A stretch of 64,000 nucleotides of DNA, taken from positions 1,344,001 to 1,408,000 of the forward strand of contig CM000155.2 of NCBI GenBank assembly GCA_000004695.1, in the 5' to 3' direction. Shown piece by piece: positions 51,113 through 64,000 of this stretch. Position 1 is the first letter of the stretch, and each line of letters begins with the position of its first letter. The DNA is from Dictyostelium discoideum. Taxonomy: Eukaryota. A program made the translations under genes and the position numbers. The notes under the pieces are model-generated. The model was not told where the DNA came from, did not search any database, and saw nothing but the letters and a program-made list of their open reading frames with translations.

Positions 51113-52695
51113 GTTATAAATAATTTTTTAGAAAAAAAATATTTTTTAAAAAAAAAAAAAAAAACAATCAAACAGATATTTAGCGTTGAAAAAAAAAAAA
51201 AAAAAAGTAAAAATTATAAAATAAAATAAAATTTTAAGCCATCATTTTTTTTTTCAAATAAAATTAATAACGTATATTCTTTAAAAAAAAAAAAACAATC
51301 AGATAGTTTTTATTTATGATTTTTTTTTTTTTAAAAAAAAATTTTATTTTATTTTATTTTTTATTTTATTTCCCAAAAATAAATTTTTTTGATTTTTTTG
51401 ATCTTTTTTTTAAACAATTTTTTTTTATTTTTTTTTTTTTATTTTGATCATATCTCAAACCTTTTATTATTTGAATTTTTAAAATTAAAATTTATTTATT
51501 CTCTCTTTTATAAAATTCGTGCTTCTTGCCAGGCAGATAATAAGTTTTTTTCATTGTTTGAAGCGGCAAAAAAAAAAAAAATATTTTCATTTTTTTTTCA
51601 TTTTATTGTTATAAAAATTCCAAAGTGCGCACTTTTCGAAATTTAAAAATTATTCATATTAATTTTATATATTAACTCCCATGTAAAAATATCCTTGATT
51701 AAAAAAAGTGGGCAAACTTGGATTGTTACAATAAAATGAAAAAAAAATTATCCTTCCAATAGTTCATTTTTATTTTTTATTTTTTTTATTTTAATATGAA
51801 TTTAGTAAAAATAGAGCAACCAAAAATACAAAAACCATAAAAAGTTTAAAAAAATGGGTGCAAACATTTGGATTTTTTTTTTTTTTTTTTTTTTTTTCTA
51901 ATCAAAAATTTTTTATAATATTATTATTATTATTTTTTTTTTTTTTAAACAATGATTTAATTTTAATTTTAGAATTTAATTATTTTTCATTTTTCTTATT
52001 GTTTTTTATTTTGAGGAACAACAAAAGGGAATATGTTTTTTTAAAAAAAATAAAAAATAAAAAAATAAAAAATTGATTTGATTCTATATTATAGAATTGG
52101 TATATATTTTATTTATTTATTTATTATGCCAAATTTTAATTCTTTAAAAAAAATAAAATTAAATAAAAACAAATAAAATAATCCAAATTGAATTAATTCA
52201 TTTTTTGACTTTAAAATTATAAAAAATAGACAATAAAAAAAAAAGGAAAAAAGTTTTTAAATTTTCATTCTGGCCACTCATTTATATTTTTTTTTTTTTA
52301 ATAAAATTTTAAAATAAATAAATGAAAATAAGAAAAATAAAGGTAAAACCAGATTTTTTAAAAAATTTTTGGAAAAAATTATTTGTCAATCGAGCGAGTA
52401 TCTATTTTTGAATAATTAAAAAAAAAAAAAACAACATATGAGGTAAAATTTAAAAATAACAAAAATAGAATAAAAGATAAAAAGATTAAAATTAAAAAAC
52501 GTAACCCAAAACATTTATTTTTCCAACCAAAGCATTGCAATAATAAATTACAAGAAAAATAATTATTTTTCTAATTTTTTTTTTTTTTTTTTTTTTCATT
52601 TTTTTTTTTTTATTTTTAAATTTTTTTTTTCATTTCACAATTTTTCATTTTTTAAAGGGGTTGAAGATTAAATGAATATTTAAAATTCAAAATAA

Positions 52696-55005
<2,310 letters not shown>

Positions 55006-55161
55006 ATTATTTAAATAAAATAAATATTAATAATAGTAGTGGTAGTATTAATTTTGAAACAAATAATTATATATTCTTATATTTTAATCAAATAATTTTT
55101 AAAGTTTTTTTTATTTTTTTTTTAAAGTTTTTTTTATTTTTTTTTTTATTTTTAGTTTTTG

Positions 55162-57335
<2,174 letters not shown>

Positions 57336-59333
57336 TTTAGTTGAAAAACTAAATTAAAGATTATTTGTTTCTTTAACTTTTTATTATTATTGTTTTTTTA
57401 TTATTATTATTATTATAAAAAACAAATTTGTTTTATTTGTTTTTTTGTTTTATTATTATAATAATTTGTTTTATTTGTTTTTTTGTTTTATTTGTTTTAT
57501 TTGTTTATTTGTTTTTTTTTATTAAATTTATTTTTTGGTTTTTTTTATAGTCTATTTTTAATTTATTCCCTATTATTATAGAAGGATCTATATATATTAT
57601 ATTATATAATATTATAATTAAAAAATCTGGTTTGTTGGAAAGTAAGACTTATTTAAATTTATATATTTATTAAAATATTTATTTATGTGAGTGTGAAAAT
57701 TAAAGAAATAAGTTAAAATTTTAAAAAAAAAAAAAAATTGGCGCAAAATAATTTTTTTTTTTTTTTTTTTTGGTGTAAAAACCAATTTTGAAATTTTGGA
57801 GGCAAAAAATCAACAACATTTAACAAAGATCAAAAATTAAACTTCTTTAATTAAAAAAATGGATGAGAGCGAAAATGAGTTTTCAGATGAGGAGAGGAAG
57901 AAATTTCGGAGGCATCACTTTTTTTCAAGGGATCAAGAACCAAATATTAAACTAGAGTAGTAAATAACTATTTTAATTTTGATTTTTAAAAAAAAACAAA
58001 ATATTAACAAAAAATTTCAAATTATCAATGGGTTTGTCAATTACAGGTCCTTAAGATGTATTAATATATAAAATTATGACTAAAGGAGAAGTTGATGGGT
58101 GTGAAGATGGAATTACAAATAATCAAATACCTAAATTTACATTGAATGATGGTGGCTATATAAAATTTGAGATTTTTTGGATTTGTTAAACAACACCCAA
58201 TCATTGATTTCACCATGAATTCTATGATGAGTATATAGTTGCTTATGATGGAAATAATGCTTCTATTCAATATTTACTCGGAAACCAAATAAAAAATTTG
58301 GTTTTATAGTTAGGAAAATGGTTGGTTCAAATGAAATATACTAAAATATTGATATTTACCAAGAGTAAAAATTCAGTTTTAGAGGGCGAAAATAAAAAAA
58401 AAAATTGGGAGAGAGAGTAGAGTTGGAGATAGTTGAGGTTTTATGATAATTATTATTAAACTCTACTGCTCACTCTAAAATTATATGAAGATCATATATT
58501 TTTTTTTCTACAAGCGCTTGTGGAATAACAATGGAGTTGGGTTACCTAGAACGTTCTAAAATTCTCACTTTGAAACCACCTCTAAAAAATGCCAATGTTA
58601 ACCAAATTGCAAAATTCAAACGAGATATGAATGCCATTGGCAATGTAGTATACCTATAAATCCTCATTGTTTTCAAATTTATCATAAAGTATCTTAAAAA
58701 AAAAAAAAAATAAAATAAAATAAAATAAATAAAAAAATTTAAAAAGAATCTTTTAAAAAAAGATAGAAATAACTATTTTGTTTTATTTGTTAATTTTTTT
58801 TATTATTAATTTAGATTTAGATTTATCTTATTTGTTTATTTTTTAATTTATTATTATTTTTTTTTATTTATTAATTTAATTTTTTTTTTTTATTTTTTTA
58901 TTTTTATTTTAGGGAATGGGTGCCTTATTATTGAATGAACATAAAGTATTAAAAATATTTATTTGTTTTTGAATACGAATAGTGATTTTAAAATAAAAAT
59001 AAAAATCAACAACTTTTAAATAAAAAGAAGATATTATTTCGCCACACATGACCAAATTTTATTTTTTTATTATAATTTTTATTTTTTTAATTTTTAATTT
59101 TTTTTTTTTTTTTTTTTTATTTTTTTGTGATAGGAAATTTGAAATTAATTTTATTTTATTTTTATTTTTTTATTTTTTTTATTTTTCTATTTCACAATAA
59201 TTTTTATTTTTTTTATTTATTTTTATTTAAACCCCACACCATCCACAATTGAGCAGGTAAATTAATTAAATTTATTTTAGAGTTTTTTATTTTAAAAAAA
59301 GAAGTAAAGAAAAAAAAAAAAAAAAAAAGAAAA

Positions 59334-60843
59334 ATGTCAACATCAGCAGCAGCAACATTACCATTATCGGTGATATCAAAAAATTTAAGAAAAGTATTTC
59401 TTTCACAAAAAACAAGAAAGATTGATTGGAGATATTCTCAATTAAAAGCAATTAAAAAGATGATGTCAGAGAATAAAGATAATATTACAGCAGCCGTCAA
59501 GAAGGATCTTGGTAAACATGAATTTGAAATCCATCAAACTGAAATCGTAATGATTCAAACTGAATTAGATGAAACCATCTCTCATTTAGAATCTTGGAAT
59601 AAAACTGAAAAAGTTTATAGTCCACTTCATTTCAAACCAGCTTCATCTTATATATTAAAAGAACCATTAGGTGTTGTTTTAATTATGTCACCATGGTATG
59701 TAATATTAATAATAATAATAATAAATAAAAATATTATAAATTAATATATATATATATATATATACTAATTAATTAATTATAAAAATAAATAGGAATTATC
59801 CAGTTAATTTAGCATTAATACCATTAATTGGTGCAATTGCAGGTGGTAATTGTGCTTTATTAAAATTATCAAGACATTCATATAATATTAGTAAACTTTT
59901 ACATGGATTATTAACAAAATATTTGGATCCAGAATGTTTTGAATTTGATTGTGAAGGTGGTGCACCATATATTACAGAGTTATTGGAGTATAAATGGGAT
60001 CATATATTTTTCACAGGATCAGTAAAGGTTGGTAAGATTGTTTATCAAGCAGCAGCAAAATTCTTGACACCAGTCACATTGGAATTGGGTGGTAAGAATC
60101 CATGCATCGTCGATAAGGACACCGATATTAAATTGACAGCAAGAAGATTAATTTGGGGCAAATGTTGGAATGCAGGTCAAACATGTATTGGTTTGGATTA
60201 CCTTATTGTACATAAATCAATTTTGGAGCCTTTGATCGAAGAGTTTAAAGTCGTATTGAAGGAATTCTTTGGAGAGGATATTAAAAAGTCAACTTCTTTT
60301 GCACGTATCATTAGCAGTGCCGCCGCTGAACGTTTACAACAATTGTTCTCAATGGGTAAGGTTGTAATTGGTGGCGAGGCCGATATCGCCGAGAGATACA
60401 TTGCTCCAACTGTTATCGTTGACCCAGATTTAGATTCGCCATTGATGCAAGATGAGATCTTTGGTCCAGTCCTCCCAATTGTCACCTATGAGAATATCGA
60501 TGAATGTTTGGAATTTATTCAAAATCGTCCACATGCTTTGACTCTTTATTTATTCTCTCGTGATCAAGCCATTCAAGATAAGGTTTTAGATGGTACTCAA
60601 TCCGGTTCTCTCATGATCAATGATACCCTCTTACATTTCACAAATCCAAATTTACCATTTGGTGGTATTGGTGATAGTGGTATTGGTTCATATCATGGTA
60701 AAGGTACATTTGATATCTTTGTTCATAAAAGAGGACTTGTTCAATCAACTACTAAAAAATTCTTAGACCTTCCACTTCGTTATCCACCATATACTCCATT
60801 CTCTGATAATGTAGCTGGTAAAATTTTAGGTTCTGGTTGGTAA
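59334..60843 (+). CDS. Aldehyde dehydrogenase, class 3 (fatty-aldehyde dehydrogenase-like), two exons.
   Basis: Structure: join(59334..59695,59793..60843). The intron is 97 nt, GTATGT...AAATAG, phase 2, joining 'IMSPW' to 'NYPVNLALIPLIGAIAGGN'. Signature stretches are 'ELGGKNPCIVD', the catalytic-Cys region 'GQTCIGLDYLIV' and 'EIFGPVLPI'. Confidence 0.85.
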
Positions 60844-61669
60844 AAAATTAAAAAAAAAAATAAAAAAAAATAAAAAAAATAAAAAAAAAAAAAATAATAA
60901 TAATAATAATTCAAATATCATTTCTCATTGTCAACATAAATAATTTTTATTTTTCATTTCGTTCCAGATTTTATTTTATATTAAATTAATTTTAAAAAAA
61001 AAATAAAAATAAAAATAACAATAAAAATAAATTAAGTAAAAAAAAAAAAATAATAATAATATTTTATTAATCTTTATTTGGAAATAAATATTATTAAGAA
61101 ACTGACTTTTATTTTTTATTTTTTTATTAAACTCAATTTTTTTCCTCAAATTTAATTATTTTACAAATTAATGATTAGAAAAAGGAAAAAATTAAATCAA
61201 CTAAAATTTTTTATTTTTTTTTATTTTTTTTTAATCTTTCAAAAAATAAAAAGAAAAAAAAATAATTATATAAAAAAAAAAAAATATTTTTATTTTTTTA
61301 ATTTATTTTTTAATTTTTTTTTAATTTTAATTTTTTTTTTAATTTTAATTTTTTTTTTTTTTTCTTTTTATTTTATTTAAATAATAAAAAACAAAAAATA
61401 AATTCAATTTTCTATCTCTTTTCCCCCCCTATTTATATTTTTTTTTTTTTTTTTTTAACTATATTATTTTTATATTTTTTTTTTACATAAATAAATTTAT
61501 ATCTATAATCAAAAAAAAAAAAAAAAAAAAAAAAAAGAAAAAAAAATTAGTATCTATAATCAAAAAAAAAAAAAAAAAAATATAATTGTAAGTAAATTCT
61601 TCCAAAAATCATAATTACCGAAAAGAGATAGAAAAAATATATATCTGAATTTTTTTTCATGGGGGGGGG

Positions 61670-61703
<34 letters not shown>

Positions 61704-61960
61704 CCTTCCTTTCCATTTTTTTTTTTTAAAATAAATCCAGTTATTTTCTGGTAGAAAACTAAATATTCATAAAAATTTTTTTTTTTTTTTTTTTTTTGAT
61801 TATATTAATTAATTAATTTTTTTATTTTTGTATTTTCCATTTTTAATTTTTTATTTTTTTTTTTTTTTTCAATTTTTTTTTTAAAAAAACTCACATTTAT
61901 TTGTTTTAAATATTGTTTGTGTAAAAAAAAAAAAAAAAAATAAAAAAATCCTTTTTTTTA

Positions 61961-61991
<31 letters not shown>

Positions 61992-62176
61992 ATTTCTTTA
62001 TTTTTTACTTTTTATTCTTTATTAGTTACTTTTTATTATTTTTCAAAATTATAATATAAAAAAAAAAAAAAATAATAAATAGTAAAAATAAATAAATAAT
62101 AATAATAAATAAATAATAAATTTTAAATAATAAATATTAAATAATAAATAATAGAAAATAAAAATAAAAGGAAAAA

Positions 62177-63086
62177 ATGAACAATAATAATAATGGAGGG
62201 AATGTAATATCAGATTATCCAACCTCCAGTAATAATAACAATAATGGCAGACACAATAATAATAATAACAATAATAATAATAACAATAATAATAATAATA
62301 GTTATAGAAGGTCAAGATCAAGATCAAGATCACCATCACCAACAAGAGGAAGATCACCAGTTATGTACTCTCCAAACAGAGATAGTTCTGATGACGATAG
62401 CTCATCTTCAAGATCAGGTTTATACCTTTCAAGTTCTTCATCAAGATCAAGATCAAGATCACCATTGCCACCATTAAATAATATTAATAATGGAAATCAA
62501 CAATCAAATAATTTTATTAATAATAAAAATAATAATAATAATTTTAATAATATTAATAATAATTATAATAATAATAATGGTATTAATAGCAGTAATAGCA
62601 ATAATAGCAGTAATAGCAGTAATAAAAGTAAAAACAGTAATAATAATATACCTAACATTTTACCCTATATTTCATTAAATGGTTCGGGTTCATCATCGTC
62701 ATCTAAACAATTTTCATTGCCACCATTAAAATCAACTACAACATCCTCTTCATCAAATTCAACTTCTTCATCCTCCTCCAGATCATCTAAATCACATTCT
62801 TCATCGTCATCATCATCATCATCGTCATATCCAATAAAATCTATTTTTGGAAATATTGGAGGAGGCAGTTCAAAAGGTTCTTCTTCCTCTTCTTCCAGAA
62901 GCTCTAAAAGTAGTGGCAGTAGCAGTAGTAGAAGTGATAGAGACAAAAGCGATAGAGATAGTAGAAGTGATAGAGAAAGTAGAAGTGACAGAGATAGAAG
63001 TGACAGAGATAGAAGTAGTAGAAGTGATAGAGATAGTAGAAGTAGCAGAGATAGTAGAAGTGATCGTGATAGAACTAGTAGTAGTA

Positions 63087-63131
<45 letters not shown>

Positions 63132-64000
63132 GTGGTAATAACAACAACTCTAACAACAACTCTAATAATAATAATAATAACTCTAACAACAGCAACAATA
63201 TCAATAATAATAGTAATAATAGCAGAAGTGATAGAGATAGTAGAAGCGATCGTGAAAGAAGTGGTAGAAGTGATAGAGAGAGTAGAGGAGATAGCAAAAG
63301 TAATAGATCTTCATCGTCATCCTCTTCATCCTTAAATAATAATAATAACAATAACAATAATAATAATAATAATCCATTATCGTCGTCATCATCATCAAGT
63401 AATAGACAACCATCTACAACTTCACCAATTATGCCATCTAATACTTTGTTTAATATTAAACCAATTGGAACTACTTCACCACATCTATCATCATCATCAA
63501 ATCAAGGATTACCACCAATATCATTATCATCTTCATCAAAACATAAATTATCATCATCTTTGTCGTCATCGTCATCACTATCATCGTCTACTAATCAAGG
63601 TGCTTCATCAGCAATATCATCATCAATTTCAGTATTATCATCACCAAAACAATCACCATCAATGAAATCAATGTCATCATCAAACCCTGCTTTACCAACT
63701 TTAGCACCATTAACACAACTCTCATCATCATCATCCAATCAAAAGAATTTACCAAATCTTGTATTAAAAAAAGCAATTAGTAAAAAAGATAGGGAACAAC
63801 TTATGGAATTATTAAATGAACACGAAAGTGATTCCGACGTCGATTTTTCAACAACACCAACTTTAAGTAGTCATATATCAAAATACTCACCAGCACAATC
63901 ACCTCTTCCATCAATCAAATCAATCCCACCAATGCCATTGAGTGGTAATAGTTTCGAGCCACTATCAATTGGAAATCAAAGAAATAGTACTGATAATTTA
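62177..64000 (+). CDS. Ser/Arg-, Ser/Asp/Arg- and Asn-rich low-complexity protein (SR-like). 3'-partial, runs off the window end.
   Basis: I translated codon by codon from ATG 62177 with no stop to 64000: 'MNNNNNGGNVISDYPTSS...SYRRSRSRSRSPSPTRGRSP...(SRSDRD)n...'. It is absent from the ORF track, presumably because it has no stop inside the window. Minus-strand ORF 62665-63357 (poly-L) is its antisense artefact. Confidence 0.55.

Noticed and set aside
62665-63413. Minus-strand 230-aa poly-Leu ORF and neighbours
   Set aside because: Antisense of AGT/AGA/GAT-rich coding repeats of the plus-strand SR-like gene.

Overview
The window looks like Dictyostelium discoideum nuclear DNA. Evidence: AT-rich intergenic DNA and introns, GTAAGT...AG mini-introns of about 65-110 nt, (AAT)n/(CAA)n coding microsatellites giving poly-Asn/poly-Gln tracts, FNIP-repeat genes and a TRE3-type retrotransposon. 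Most of the window is ordinary housekeeping genes, all hand-spliced from the sequence:
- a 3'-partial SF2 helicase with type I/III restriction R-subunit-like (HsdR/Res) motifs
- two secreted proteins of unknown function
- an LRR + EGF-like type I membrane protein
- a GH38 lysosomal alpha-mannosidase
- UPF3
- TAF1, about 2300 aa, with a long 15-bp coding repeat
- RPB3
- a class-I glutamine amidotransferase-like protein
- an Rsm22/METTL17-family mitochondrial methyltransferase
- a CAP/PR-1-like secreted protein
- an Ulp1/SENP SUMO protease with a poly-Asn run of about 58 residues
- a class-3 aldehyde dehydrogenase
- a 3'-partial RS/RD-rich protein

The accessory region is 30.0-45.6 kb. In order it holds:
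- a tRNA-Ile(AAU) gene with an external B box
- a TRE3-like non-LTR retrotransposon (ORF1 + APE/RT ORF2) about 90 bp downstream of the tRNA, cut short by a 100-N assembly gap
- an element-like segment on the minus strand that carries a five-exon gene for a retroviral-type integrase (HHCC zinc finger, intact D,D,E core, AT-hook, SPxK repeats). I think this is most likely the transposase of a Tdd-4/Ginger2-type DNA transposon, bounded at 37811-37870 by a 24-bp direct repeat with an internal palindrome.
- at exactly that point, the first member of a tandem B-box zinc-finger/FNIP-repeat gene family is 5'-truncated. A second, intron-less and frameshifted paralogue, an FNIP-only gene and an intact paralogue follow.
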